A stretch of 64,000 bases of DNA, from NCBI GenBank assembly GCA_046753845.1, contig JBHHUP010000001.1:13343-77342 (forward strand), read 5' to 3'. The notes under the pieces are model-generated. The model worked only from the letters and a program-made list of their open reading frames with translations, was not told the DNA's origin and did no database searches. Origin of the DNA: Thermodesulfobacteriota bacterium. GTDB taxonomy: Bacteria > Desulfobacterota > GWC2-55-46 > JADFVP01. Positions 29,456 through 39,815 of the stretch are shown here, piece after piece (positions within the stretch are counted from its first letter, which is position 1; every line of letters begins with the position of its first letter). The translations under genes were made by a program, and so were the position numbers.

Positions 29456-30262
29456 ATGGATAATTTGTTCGGCCATACCCCCAAGGTCTTTAAAAAAATC
29501 CTCTACTTCTCCATAGCGGCGCATATTATCGCCCTTGGCTCCCTGGGTTTTTTCATGGACAGCTCCAAAAAACTCTTCTTCACCCCCGTATACACGGTAA
29601 GTCTTGTGGAGCCCGTGAGGAGCCATAGAAAAACAAGGGCAAAAAAAGTCGTCAGGCGCACCGTTAAGAAGAAAAAGGCCGTAAAAAAGCACATTACCAA
29701 GAAAAAAGCGGTAATAGTAAAGAAAAAGGCGGTAAAGAAGACCAAAACACATGAAAAAGAACTCTCAACAGCTATAAGTAAGATCCGCGAGAAGGTTAAA
29801 GAGAGTGAGGAGCAGCAGCTTATAGCAAAAAAGATAGCGGCCATAAAGGAAAGAGAGGCCGCAGAGGAGAGGGCAAGGCGTCTGGCTAAAATTCGAGGTT
29901 CCATAAAGGCCGCCCCGGCAGAGAAGGCCCCACCACCCGCCGCCTCATCAGGCGGTCTTAGAAGCGATAGCCTGGAGATAAAATTCAAGGCATACTTCTC
30001 GCTTATAAGGGACCACGTACAGAATAACTGGATAGTCCCCGAGCGCTTTGACAATGAAAAGGTCTCTGTTATAGTATCAATACGTATCCGTAAAGATGGC
30101 ACACTCATCAAGAGCTGGGTAGAAAAAGGCTCGGGGAGCAGGCAGTTTGACGACTCCCTCTTAAAGGCCGTGCAGAAGGCATCGCCCTTTCCGCCTCTAC
30201 CTCAGGACTTCACTGAAGACGTACTGGAGACAGGCCTGAGGTTCTGCCCTCGCTGTGATTAA
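29456..30262 (+). CDS. tolA: TolA-like energy transducer (TonB C-terminal fold)
   Basis: An N-terminal TM helix, a Lys/Ala/Glu-rich linker, and a C-terminal TonB_C-like domain (SGSRQFDDSLLKAVQKASPFPPLP). Its position between tolR and tolB supports the call. Confidence 0.65.
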   Translation: MDNLFGHTPKVFKKILYFSIAAHIIALGSLGFFMDSSKKLFFTPVYTVSLVEPVRSHRKTRAKKVVRRTVKKKKAVKKHITKKKAVIVKKKAVKKTKTHEKELSTAISKIREKVKESEEQQLIAKKIAAIKEREAAEERARRLAKIRGSIKAAPAEKAPPPAASSGGLRSDSLEIKFKAYFSLIRDHVQNNWIVPERFDNEKVSVIVSIRIRKDGTLIKSWVEKGSGSRQFDDSLLKAVQKASPFPPLPQDFTEDVLETGLRFCPRCD

Positions 30263-30265
30263 GAT

Positions 30266-31594
30266 ATGAGATTTTTTATAATATACGCCTTATTAGCCTT
30301 ATGTGCAGGCCTTACCTCAGGGCCGGCAGCGGCAAAGGTCTATATTGATCTTGCGGCCCCCTCCATCAAGAGGCTCCCCCTTGCCGTTCAGGAGTTCCGT
30401 TACCTTGGCCCTGACCCCTACTCCGATGTGGAGAGAGAAAATATCCGGGCAACAGGCGGGGCCATGCTTAATACCCTTAAAAAAGACATGGAATTCTCGG
30501 GGGTTTTCAGGGTTCTGCCAAACGATGCCTTTATCGAAGGCCCCGAGGAAGCCGCCTTTGATATTAACGCTATAAACTTCAAGGGCTGGCGGATGATAGG
30601 GGCTGACGCCGTTGTGGAGGGCAGGTTCAGGCTGAGGGAAAAGAGGCTTATCGTAGAGGTAAGGCTCTTTGACAGCATACGCCACACCATGATAATGAGT
30701 AAACGTTTCATCGGCAACGCGGCCCGCCCTGAGCGGCTCGCGCATTTTATCTCTGAGCGGATCTATGAGGAAATAACAGGGCGAAGAGGCATATTTACGA
30801 CAAAACTGCTCTTTGTCTCAAAAAAAACAGGTAATAAAGAGATATATCTATCAGATTATGATGGCCGGCACAGAGTAGCCATTACCTCTAACCGGTCCAT
30901 AAACCTCTCGCCAAGGTGGTCTCCCGACGGGGCGAAGATGATTTACACCTCCTATAAGAGGGGTTACCCATACCTCTATCTCTTTGATATCAAGACCGGT
31001 CATGACGAGGTGCTCTCCAGCAAACGGGGTATTAACATAGGGGGCAGGTTCTCTCCTGATGGTAAAAGCATAGCCTTGACGCTAAGCACAAAATCAAGCC
31101 CCGATCTATTCCTCTTAAAACTCGGCGGCGGCGGTTACGAGCGCCTTACCAGCAACTACGGTATAGATGTCTCTCCCACGTGGAGTCCCGACGGTAAAAA
31201 GATAGCCTTTGTCTCAGATAGAAGTGGAAATCCGCATATCTTTGTGTTAGACTTGCGAACCAACAAGACTAAACGCCTGAGCTACGGCGGCACATATAAC
31301 GCAAGCCCCGTATGGTCCCCTGACGGCACAAAGATAGCCTTTTCGCGTGCCGATGGAGGCAGCTTCAATATCTGGGTCGTAAACTCCGAGGGAGGCAGAC
31401 AGGTTCAGCTTACCTATGAGGGAGATAATAAATCCCCTTCCTGGTCACCGGACGGAAGGTTCATAATCTTCACACGAAGCTACAAAGGCGCCGGGTCTCT
31501 TTACGTCATGCAGGCCGACGGCACAGCACAGAGAAAGCTTCCAACAGGCGCAGGCGATGTGAGCTCACCATCGTGGTCGCCATTTCTGCATTAA
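30266..31594 (+). CDS. tolB: Tol-Pal system beta-propeller protein TolB
   Basis: 442 aa with a signal peptide and repeated SP.WSPDG blades: PRWSPDGAKM, PTWSPDGKKI, PVWSPDGTKI, PSWSPDGRFI. Confidence 0.9.
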   Translation: MRFFIIYALLALCAGLTSGPAAAKVYIDLAAPSIKRLPLAVQEFRYLGPDPYSDVERENIRATGGAMLNTLKKDMEFSGVFRVLPNDAFIEGPEEAAFDINAINFKGWRMIGADAVVEGRFRLREKRLIVEVRLFDSIRHTMIMSKRFIGNAARPERLAHFISERIYEEITGRRGIFTTKLLFVSKKTGNKEIYLSDYDGRHRVAITSNRSINLSPRWSPDGAKMIYTSYKRGYPYLYLFDIKTGHDEVLSSKRGINIGGRFSPDGKSIALTLSTKSSPDLFLLKLGGGGYERLTSNYGIDVSPTWSPDGKKIAFVSDRSGNPHIFVLDLRTNKTKRLSYGGTYNASPVWSPDGTKIAFSRADGGSFNIWVVNSEGGRQVQLTYEGDNKSPSWSPDGRFIIFTRSYKGAGSLYVMQADGTAQRKLPTGAGDVSSPSWSPFLH

Positions 31595-31650
31595 CTCTTG
31601 ACACCATGATAAATACAACCATCTTATTGTAACAACTCAAGGAGGCCTCA

Positions 31651-32229
31651 ATGAAAAGATTCTTTAAATTCATGCCAATCTTACTCATTTGCCTATCCCT
31701 TGCGGCATGCGCGGGAAAGACCAAGGTAACTGAAGACGCTTCCATGACCTCCGGGGCCGATAACGCCACGATGGTCCCTGATGAAAAGGGTCTTGGCGAG
31801 GCCGGTGTAGAGGAGTCCAATATGCCTGGAGACAAGTTCCGTGAGGCCTTTGTCTCCGCAGAAGACAGAGAGGCGGCAACAGCGGCGGCCGTAAAAGCAG
31901 GGCTTAAGGTCGTGCACTTTGATTTTGACAGATACACCATACGGGACAGCGACCTTGAGCTACTGCAGGCCGATGCCCAGTGGTTAAAAGACCACCCCGA
32001 TGTATATATACGCATAGAGGGACACGCCGATGAGCGCGGCGAGTCTGAGTACAATATGGCCCTTGGCGAAAAAAGGGCCATGAGCGTAAAACGCTACTTT
32101 GAGTCACTCGGTGTATCGGACAAGAGGTTATCCATCATCAGCTACGGCGAAGAGAGTCCCGCGATTGATGCTCATAACGAAGAGGCCTGGGCAGCTAACA
32201 GGCGTGTTGAGTTCGAGAAACTCAAATAA
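31651..32229 (+). CDS. pal: peptidoglycan-associated lipoprotein Pal (OmpA-like)
   Basis: Lipobox LSLAAC and an OmpA_C domain (VHFDFDRYTIR...GHADERGESEYNMALGEKRA...NRRVEF). Confidence 0.9.
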   Translation: MKRFFKFMPILLICLSLAACAGKTKVTEDASMTSGADNATMVPDEKGLGEAGVEESNMPGDKFREAFVSAEDREAATAAAVKAGLKVVHFDFDRYTIRDSDLELLQADAQWLKDHPDVYIRIEGHADERGESEYNMALGEKRAMSVKRYFESLGVSDKRLSIISYGEESPAIDAHNEEAWAANRRVEFEKLK

Positions 32230-32258
32230 GACCTTAAACCGCCTGAAAGGTACTGTAT

Positions 32259-33278
32259 ATGAAGATTTTTAAAGAGGCCCGCGGCCTCATGAGGTGGCGC
32301 GGGCTTATGGCGATGCCCGTACTTGCATTGCTTATCTATGGATGCGGGCCGGGTTTTCCCATTGTCACTGAAGAGCAGCAGGACTTCATGGACAAGGCCG
32401 ATAAGGCCTCCAAGGATACGGCCTCTCTGAACAGGCGTATCACCACCCTTGAGAACAGAGGCGCTGACAAAGAAGGCGTGGAGGAGATGAAACTACGCCT
32501 TGCCGATACCACAAAGGCCGTAGAAGATCTCAGCAGAGAATTCTCTTTTGCACGAGGCAGCATGGAAGAGGCCGGCAACGCACAGGCCCAGGCCAGCAGC
32601 GAGATAGCCGCCCTTGATGAGGCAATGCGCGGTCTGAATGAACGAATCCGCTCCCTTGAGGCCGCAAAAGCCGGCAACGCGGCGGAGCTATTAAAGTTAA
32701 AGACAGCACTTGGGGCCTCGGCGAAGAAGATAACCGTCCTTGAGAATCAGTTAGCCCTCTTGCGGGGAACCATTCAGAGCCCTACTGCCGGTGCGCCCGC
32801 ACCCTCGGCTGCTACAGGCGAAGCAGCGGCTGCCATAAAAAACAACCACGATAAAGCGGCGATAAAGGCCGCGCAGGCCGCGGCAAAGGGGCAGAAAAAA
32901 AACGACCCCGAGGCCCTTTACTTTAAAGGATTTAAACTCACAAAGGACGGAGAGTTTGAGAAGGCCCGCGCCGTATTCAAGTCATTTCTCAGCCTCTACC
33001 CCAGAAGCCGCCTCGCAGACCACGCCAGGTACTGGCTCGGAGAGATATACTACTCAAAGGGCAACTGGGAAAGGGCCATCCTTGAGTTTGACAGGGTAAT
33101 AAAAGAGTACCCCGGAGGAGACAAAGTCCCTGCGGCTATCCTTAAGGAAGGATTTGCCTTTGACCGGCTGGGCTCAAAGAAAGAGGCCCGTCTGCTCCTT
33201 GAGAGAGTTATAAAAAAATACCCCGATACCCCTGAGGCGAAGATGGCAAAAGAACGCCTTCTGAAGATAAAGGAATAA
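32259..33278 (+). CDS. cpoB: cell-division coordinator CpoB (YbgF)
   Basis: A lipoprotein-like N-terminus, a coiled-coil middle, and a C-terminal TPR region (YWLGEIYYSKGNWERAILEFDRVIKEYP). It is the last gene of the tol-pal cluster. Confidence 0.8.
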   Translation: MKIFKEARGLMRWRGLMAMPVLALLIYGCGPGFPIVTEEQQDFMDKADKASKDTASLNRRITTLENRGADKEGVEEMKLRLADTTKAVEDLSREFSFARGSMEEAGNAQAQASSEIAALDEAMRGLNERIRSLEAAKAGNAAELLKLKTALGASAKKITVLENQLALLRGTIQSPTAGAPAPSAATGEAAAAIKNNHDKAAIKAAQAAAKGQKKNDPEALYFKGFKLTKDGEFEKARAVFKSFLSLYPRSRLADHARYWLGEIYYSKGNWERAILEFDRVIKEYPGGDKVPAAILKEGFAFDRLGSKKEARLLLERVIKKYPDTPEAKMAKERLLKIKE

Positions 33279-33316
33279 CCCGCCCGGTACGTATCAGCAA
33301 GCAGGCTTTTTCATCG

Positions 33317-33354
33317 CCCCCTCCCAGGATTAAAGGTGGGGGTTTTGTTTTCTT
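33317..33354 (+). terminator. putative intrinsic terminator after cpoB
   Basis: ccccctcc (33317-24) pairs with ggtggggg (33335-42) with one mismatch, followed by ttttgttttctt. Confidence 0.45.
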
Positions 33355-33581
33355 CCTCAAGGGATGCCCGTATCCGCTCCCTGAAGAGGCTCTGAATGAA
33401 GACCTTACCGGACCTGACTACCCATCCATTTCTCCCTGATATTAAGGAGACAGGCTATAGCACCTGAATACTTATATACAGAAAACCTCTTTTTAATGTA
33501 GGAATTTTATAATCACATACTAAAGTCATGGCCACGAGCCCTGTCTTTTAATGTATAATAAAAGTAGAAGTAAGGCTATTT

Positions 33582-34718
33582 ATGAGAGAGACTATATCGC
33601 TTAAGAAATGCTCGGGATACGACCCCGATGAGGTCATGGAGAAGGTCACCGAGGCGCTTGAACTCCTTGGCGGAGTTAGCCGCTTTGTGAGCCCCGGTGA
33701 ACGTATACTTATTAAGCCGAATCTACTCACAGCCAAACCCGTTGACGCTGCCGTTACAACGCACCCTTCTCTTGTGCGGGCCCTTATAAGACTCGTTCAA
33801 AAAGCAGGCGGCACGCCCTTTGTAGGTGACAGCCCGGCCATAGGCACCGCGCAAAAAGTGGCCGAGAGATGCGAGATACTTGATGTATGCGAGGCCGAAG
33901 GCGTGGAGTTTACGGGCTTTGACGAGGCCGTTGTGGTAGATAACCCAGAGGGGCATATCTTCAAGCGCCTTGAGGTGGCGCGCGCCGCCATTAGTGCTGA
34001 CGGCATCATCAACGTGGCAAAGCTCAAGACACACGCCCAGATGCTCCTTACCATGGGCGTAAAGAACATCTTCGGCTGTGTTCCCGGCAAGAGAAAACCT
34101 CAGTGGCATCTAAGCGCAGGTGTGGACACCTCGCACTTTGCCAATATGATACTCGACCTTTATCTCTTCATAAAACCACGCCTTACTGTCATGGACGCCG
34201 TTATCGCCATGGAAGGCAACGGGCCTGCAAGCGGGGAGCCCAGAACAGTCGGGCTTATCGCCGCAGGAGAAGACGCCCTTGGTGTTGACGCTCTATGCGC
34301 CCGTATCCTTGGCGTAGAGGCTGAAGAAGTACCCATTCTCGCGGCAGCGATAGAACGCGGACTAAGGGGGGCAAGACTTAACTCAGCAAAGATTCTCGGC
34401 GATGCCCCTGAGCTCTTTACAGTAAAAAACTTTAAGCTCCCGCCGCTTGTCCACACAAGGTTTACCGAGGGTCTACCTTCTTTTCTCGGCAAAGGTCTCA
34501 GAAAATCACTCACAGCAAGACCGCACATAATTCACTCTAAGTGCACACACTGTGATTTATGCGTAGGCGTATGCCCGGCGCGGATAATGACAAGCGCCTC
34601 CCGGATAAAGATCGACTACGACAAGTGTATACGGTGCTTTTGCTGCCAGGAGATGTGTCCCAACGAGGCCATAACATCAAAATCCGGATTTTTAAAGAAG
34701 ATAATACCGGGGCTGTAG
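33582..34718 (+). CDS. DUF362-domain protein with C-terminal 2x[4Fe-4S] ferredoxin domain
   Basis: 378 aa with a DUF362-like N-terminus (GERILIKPNLL) and two C..C..C...CP clusters: CTHCDLCVGVCP and CIRCFCCQEMCP. Confidence 0.65.
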   Translation: MRETISLKKCSGYDPDEVMEKVTEALELLGGVSRFVSPGERILIKPNLLTAKPVDAAVTTHPSLVRALIRLVQKAGGTPFVGDSPAIGTAQKVAERCEILDVCEAEGVEFTGFDEAVVVDNPEGHIFKRLEVARAAISADGIINVAKLKTHAQMLLTMGVKNIFGCVPGKRKPQWHLSAGVDTSHFANMILDLYLFIKPRLTVMDAVIAMEGNGPASGEPRTVGLIAAGEDALGVDALCARILGVEAEEVPILAAAIERGLRGARLNSAKILGDAPELFTVKNFKLPPLVHTRFTEGLPSFLGKGLRKSLTARPHIIHSKCTHCDLCVGVCPARIMTSASRIKIDYDKCIRCFCCQEMCPNEAITSKSGFLKKIIPGL

Positions 34719-34776
34719 CAGCCTCTTAAACCGGCCTTGCGGAGCCTCTCTAACAAGAAGACCGCCGGAGCATATC

Positions 34777-37700
34777 GTGTCTATTTTCAGACCTCGTAAA
34801 AAAACCTGTTTGACCATCTTTATCATCTGCCTCGTAATAATCGCCGCGGGCGCTTTTTTCCTATGGCGCGTGCCCCTTGATATCAGCCAATACCACGACC
34901 GTATAACTACGTCCCTTGAAGATATAACAGGGGGCTCCATCACCACCGGAAAGGTTACGCTGCGAATACTTCCGGCCCCCTATATCGAGGTTCACGATAT
35001 TAAGATGAACCTTGATGATGGTGAGTTTTTACGATCAAGGCTCATGAAGTTCCGCGTCTCTATCCTGCCGTTTTTCCGTAAAAAAGTAGTCCTGCAAAAG
35101 GTGGTAATGCAGGGTTGGAGCCTCAATATCCGCAGAGACAGGGACGGGGCCATGGCCCTTCGGAAGATGTACGAGAGGATCATAAAGAGAAAACATATAA
35201 TAAGCGTACAGGATTTGAGGCTCTTGGCAGGAGAGCTATTTCTTGAGGATAAGGCCAAGGGCAGAGACCTCCGTCTAAAGGCGCAGCTCAATAACGGAAC
35301 GGCCAGGTTAAGTGACTACGGCCTGAGTTTTCAGGCTGATCTCAGCCTTGAAGACGGTGCTAATCTTTACACGCGTGGCTCTGCCCGAAAAGAGGGTGAA
35401 AAGATAGGGCTGCGGGGACAGGTTACAATATCGGACCTCTCTGTCTCCACCCTCACCTCCTATATAAAGACCCCCGCAGTGAAAGGGTCTGTCTCAGGAG
35501 ACCTTGCCTTCAGCCTTGGTGACATCATCGAGCTTAGAGGCCCTGTAAATTACAAAAATATTACTTTAAACCTGCCTTCTCTAAGAAAGGCCCCCGTGGA
35601 TTCGCCCTCGGGCAAGGCCTATCTTGATTTAAAACTCGCCGATGACTATCTTAAGCTGCAGGCAAAAAAAGCCGAGCTTGCCATAGAAGATTTTGTTCTA
35701 AGCGGTTCCATGGATTTAGGCGGCGCCCCTTCCAAGACAGATGATATGGCCCTTACCTTTAATCTGAAGTGCACGCCCATCCCCTTAAAGGACGTCAAGG
35801 CCCATGTACTGAATAAAATTTTAACCAAGAAACTCTCATGGATAAATGACTTTACCCCCACAGGCGGAGCGGTGCGGATAGAGAACTTTACCCTTGGCGC
35901 CACGGTAAAGGAGCTGCGAGACGGCAAGGCCTTTTCGCTCCCCGGAGCCATGCGCCTTGATGCCGAGTTTGTAGATATAGGGCTGCGCCACACTCTGCTT
36001 AAAGAAGATATCGGAGGCCTTAAGGGAAAACTCACATTGACGGATAACTCTATTAATTTTCATGATATATCCTCCAAACTCGGCCGCGGCTACGTAGAGA
36101 AGCTCTCATACAGGATGAACGACCTGCACAGTACAAAAAAAGCCGCATCTTACGATCTCTCAATCCTCGGGCACATGGACGCCGGCAGGGCCATCGCCAT
36201 GACCATAAGGGTTTTTCGAGACAGCGGCAAGTCAGCAAAGAAACAGCTCCGCCGTATCGCTGCAACAGGCGAGACCCGTATAAAGTTCAACCTCAAAGGA
36301 AAAATAGACGTAAAGGACAGCACGTGGTTTTCTGTCAATCTCGGCCTTCATGGCGCCACCTTCCGTTATAAGGGGTTTCCCCTCTCCTTTACCTCCATGA
36401 ATGGCAATATAGATGTTGACAGCCACAGATTCACCTTCACCGACCTTATCTTAAGAGACAGCGCCGCCTCCAACCTTAGGATAGAGGGGTATGTAAGGGA
36501 CTATACCCTTAAAAATCCCTACTTTCACCTTAATACAGAAGGCAGGGTATTTAATGGAACGCTCTCGGCCTTTACGGAAAAGACGGCCCTTGATGAGATA
36601 ATTATGGACGAGACCCTCTTATTCCACTCAACGATTGTAGGGTTGAAGAAATCCCTCAAGGTAAATGCCGGCGTAGACCTTGGCAAAGCGGGTCTGGAGT
36701 ACAGGAAACTACTTAAAAAATCAAGCTCCATCCCCCTTGCCATGGACGCTGAGTTTATCGTAAAAGATAAGACCATAGATATCAAAAAGGCATCCATTAG
36801 CACCGCGGCCTCAAGCATCGATATAAACGGATACCTCAGCAGAGGCAAGGGACCCTACAGCCTCTTTATCAACTCTAAAAAATTGCGCTTATATGATCTG
36901 GCTGATCTAACGCCCCTTATAATAAAGAAGGCTGACACGGCGGGGCTGCTTAAGGTAATACTAAAGGTATCAAAAAAACCCGGGGATAAGCGGCCCGCAT
37001 ATAAAGGACTTATCTCCGTAAAAAACGCTGCGTTCTCATCTCCCGTTATAAAAGAGCCCATAAAGACCTTTGAACTTTCCATGAACTTTGATGATGACAA
37101 GGCGAAGCTTAATATACCGGAGCTTAAATTTGGAGAGAGCGACATCTACGGATCGCTTGATATAAACTCCATATCAAAAACAGGTATCACCTTCAACCTC
37201 TCTTCCAATATGCTTGAGACCAATGACATATGGGGCGATGGAGAAGATGATGGGCTAAAAGCCTGGCTATTAAAGATGCGCTCACTGGGGATTATAAAAA
37301 AGAAAGACACCTCAAAGAGAGCAACCCTCAGCGGTTCAGGTAAGATCAGCATTGCAAAAGGCCGCATATTCGATGAAGAAATACGTGACTTCAAGGCTGT
37401 AACCCTCTTTCGTCCCGAGACCATTAGCCTCGATCCCATCGTCTTTCTCACCGAGGGCGGAACCGTAACAGGAACGACGGTATTTTACAGAGCAGATAAG
37501 AGCCCGGAACTCTTCGAGGCATCGGCTGAGATCAGCGGAATACACCTTAAAGATGCCCTCGACCGCCTCGGCGCCACCAAAGAGATGCTCACCGGAACCC
37601 TCTACGGAGATATAAAGATACGATGCGCGCGCGGCGAGGCGCACTTTACCAGGTGCCTGAACGGCAACGGGTTCTTCAAGGCCGAGCGGGGACGCATGTG

Positions 37701-38193
37701 GAAGTTTCCTGTCATCAGCAAGATTTTCTCCATAGTAAATATAATTTCCATAGATGAGCTATTTAAAAAAGGACTTCCTTACAAGAGCCTTAAGGCTGAC
37801 GTAAATATTACGGATGGAATTTTCTCAACTGATAACCTGCTATTTGAGAGCGACTCCATGAAGATGAGCGCCGTCATGGATATAGACAGCACAAAAAGCA
37901 CAATCAACGCCACATTAGGCGTTCACCCCTTTGTAACCATAGATAAACTTGTCACAAGTATACCCCTTGTAGGATGGATAATGGGAGGAGATGAAAAAAG
38001 TTCCCTTAGCCTCTATTACAATATAAATGGGCCTCTTACAAAACCGGATGTAGAGCCTGCTATGATAAAAAATATGCAAAAAGGCATTTTGGGCAAGCTG
38101 GAGCGCCTTATTACATCGCCCATAAAAATAATTCAAGAGAGCAATGATATGATCAACCACAAAGATAAGGGAGGGAATAACGGTGGCAGATAA
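34777..38193 (+). CDS. YhdP/AsmA-like large envelope protein
   Basis: 1138 aa with a GTG start and a single N-terminal TM helix, then a long beta-rich body. The C-terminal region (ISKIFSIVNIISIDELFKKGLPYKSLKADVNITDGIFSTDNLLFESDSMKMSA...) fits the YhdP/AsmA_2 C-terminal pattern as I recall it. Confidence 0.6.
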   Translation: MSIFRPRKKTCLTIFIICLVIIAAGAFFLWRVPLDISQYHDRITTSLEDITGGSITTGKVTLRILPAPYIEVHDIKMNLDDGEFLRSRLMKFRVSILPFFRKKVVLQKVVMQGWSLNIRRDRDGAMALRKMYERIIKRKHIISVQDLRLLAGELFLEDKAKGRDLRLKAQLNNGTARLSDYGLSFQADLSLEDGANLYTRGSARKEGEKIGLRGQVTISDLSVSTLTSYIKTPAVKGSVSGDLAFSLGDIIELRGPVNYKNITLNLPSLRKAPVDSPSGKAYLDLKLADDYLKLQAKKAELAIEDFVLSGSMDLGGAPSKTDDMALTFNLKCTPIPLKDVKAHVLNKILTKKLSWINDFTPTGGAVRIENFTLGATVKELRDGKAFSLPGAMRLDAEFVDIGLRHTLLKEDIGGLKGKLTLTDNSINFHDISSKLGRGYVEKLSYRMNDLHSTKKAASYDLSILGHMDAGRAIAMTIRVFRDSGKSAKKQLRRIAATGETRIKFNLKGKIDVKDSTWFSVNLGLHGATFRYKGFPLSFTSMNGNIDVDSHRFTFTDLILRDSAASNLRIEGYVRDYTLKNPYFHLNTEGRVFNGTLSAFTEKTALDEIIMDETLLFHSTIVGLKKSLKVNAGVDLGKAGLEYRKLLKKSSSIPLAMDAEFIVKDKTIDIKKASISTAASSIDINGYLSRGKGPYSLFINSKKLRLYDLADLTPLIIKKADTAGLLKVILKVSKKPGDKRPAYKGLISVKNAAFSSPVIKEPIKTFELSMNFDDDKAKLNIPELKFGESDIYGSLDINSISKTGITFNLSSNMLETNDIWGDGEDDGLKAWLLKMRSLGIIKKKDTSKRATLSGSGKISIAKGRIFDEEIRDFKAVTLFRPETISLDPIVFLTEGGTVTGTTVFYRADKSPELFEASAEISGIHLKDALDRLGATKEMLTGTLYGDIKIRCARGEAHFTRCLNGNGFFKAERGRMWKFPVISKIFSIVNIISIDELFKKGLPYKSLKADVNITDGIFSTDNLLFESDSMKMSAVMDIDSTKSTINATLGVHPFVTIDKLVTSIPLVGWIMGGDEKSSLSLYYNINGPLTKPDVEPAMIKNMQKGILGKLERLITSPIKIIQESNDMINHKDKGGNNGGR

Positions 38194-38965
38194 GGACGAG
38201 GATACCTTCCACGACAGGCCCGGTTTCTGGAATACCCTTAAGGCGAAGTGGTATAAAGAAGGGCTGGCCGGATCTACCTTTCCCTCTACGGTAGCCCCAT
38301 TTATCCTCTCTCACGCAGCGGGCGCAGAGTCTTTTCTGGACGTTGGTTCAGGCTGCGGCAGCCTTGCCCTGCCCCTTGCAAGGGCCGGAAAAAAAGTCAC
38401 CGCCCTTGACCCGGCTCCGCCCATGATAGCTATACTGGACAATGATATTAAAAAAGAAGGACTCGCAAACCTCAAGACCATTACCGCGACCTGGGAGGCA
38501 GGCGCAACAGAGCCCCATGACGTAATAATCTGCGCCAACGTACCGGGGCTGTTAAAAGGCCGTAGAGATTTTCTAAAAGAGGCTGATGAGGCGGCAGGAA
38601 AATACGTCTTTATCATCGAGAGCGCAGACCCCGGGGCAGACAAGTTCTACTATAAAGAGCTCTACCCCCTTGTCTTTAACAGGAAGTTCGGCCCGCGAAA
38701 GGACTACATCGCCACATACGATGCCCTGCACGCCATGGGTATATTCGCCAACGTACGAGTAGTGGAGTATGACTTTGACCAGCCATTTACATCTATGGAT
38801 GAGGCCCTGGAGTTCTGGAAAGAGCACATGTGTATAGTTACCGCCGAGCACGATGAGACCTTAAAAGATTTTCTAAGCAAAAAACTTGTCACCAGTAACG
38901 GGCGGCTTATCTCGAAGATACATAAGAAGTCGGCGATAATCTGGTGGAAAAAAGAGGGCTGCTAA
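38183..38965 (+). CDS. class I SAM-dependent methyltransferase
   Basis: 260 aa with motif I LDVGSGCGSLALPLA and an acidic post-I LD. The GTG start overlaps the upstream gene by 11 nt. Confidence 0.65.
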   Translation: MADKDEDTFHDRPGFWNTLKAKWYKEGLAGSTFPSTVAPFILSHAAGAESFLDVGSGCGSLALPLARAGKKVTALDPAPPMIAILDNDIKKEGLANLKTITATWEAGATEPHDVIICANVPGLLKGRRDFLKEADEAAGKYVFIIESADPGADKFYYKELYPLVFNRKFGPRKDYIATYDALHAMGIFANVRVVEYDFDQPFTSMDEALEFWKEHMCIVTAEHDETLKDFLSKKLVTSNGRLISKIHKKSAIIWWKKEGC

Positions 38966-39065
38966 AGCCCAAGTGCCGAAGAACTGAGCTTTAAGTTTTT
39001 TAAGTGATAAAAGAACACTCTTTGAGAACTTATTTTATTAACCACAAAAAACATGAGGTGCTGAA

Positions 39066-39461
39066 ATGAATCTATTTAAAAAAACTTTTTTAGCCTTCCT
39101 GCTAATCACCTTCTGCCTCACAGGTTCAAAGGCCATGGCAGAGGACTCTCTTGCCCATACCGTGAGGAGCGCGATCTACGGCGGAGTAATCGGAGGACTC
39201 GTCTCCGGAGCTGTGGTTCTGCTTACCGATACAAGCGGTAATCTCGGCTACATACCCACAGGCATTGGCGCCGGCATTCTCCTTGGCACTGCCTACGGAC
39301 TTGTCACAAGCGAGGCCGTGCAGGACAGAGGTTTTGGCGAGATAGAAGGGGGAAAATTCAGCCTCAAGATGCCAACGGTAAAGAGCTCATCCACATTCGA
39401 TAAGAAGACACAGACATACGAGACAGTAGAGTCACTTGACCTTCTTAAGGTGCGGTTTTAA
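39066..39461 (+). CDS. small secreted/membrane glycine-zipper protein
   Basis: 131 aa with a signal peptide ending KAMA and Gly-zipper stretches (IYGGVIGGLVSGAVV, GIGAGILLGTAYGLV). No family could be assigned. Confidence 0.4.
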   Translation: MNLFKKTFLAFLLITFCLTGSKAMAEDSLAHTVRSAIYGGVIGGLVSGAVVLLTDTSGNLGYIPTGIGAGILLGTAYGLVTSEAVQDRGFGEIEGGKFSLKMPTVKSSSTFDKKTQTYETVESLDLLKVRF

Positions 39462-39536
39462 GTTCAGGGGGGGCAAAAGAAAAATAAATCTGTCCCCTTT
39501 TTTTCTTTTTTTGCTAAGTTGTCCCCATTTATTCTT

Positions 39537-39815
39537 TTGATGGGTTGCGCTTCACTTCACCCATCCTACAAGGCTATTGTTGTAAAAAAAACACCTCTGT
39601 AAGGAGAGAGACCTCCCGCCTTCTCTCTCCTTACCCCCACCCATAGAAGAGCCTCTCTATCCTATTTTGACCCGTAAATAAGTATATACTATAATCTTAA
39701 GCATAGAAATATTTTAAGAATTTTTGCACAATGAAACGCTTGCCTCACCTTACTGTAAATATCAGAGAGCAAGCCCAGCCTTGTAGGTTGGGTAGAGCGA
39801 AGCGAAACCCAACAA
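39537..39815. mobile_element. MITE-like element bounded by 37-bp inverted hairpin repeats
   Basis: The left end (39537-39573) is ttgatgggttgcgcttcacttcacccatcctacaagg. The right end (39779-39815) is ccttgtaggttgggtagagcgaagcgaaacccaacaa. The reverse complement of the right end matches the left at 31 of 37 positions. Each end is itself a 7-bp stem with a 13-nt loop. A partial third copy (acccaacctac) lies at 39857-39867. Confidence 0.35.
39667..39695 (+). promoter_or_regulatory. near-consensus orphan sigma-70 promoter inside the MITE-like element
   Basis: TTGACC (39667-72), a 17-nt spacer, then TATAAT (39690-95). There is no plus-strand CDS downstream, and it points at the 3' end of the convergent ccsA-like gene. 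Confidence 0.45.
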
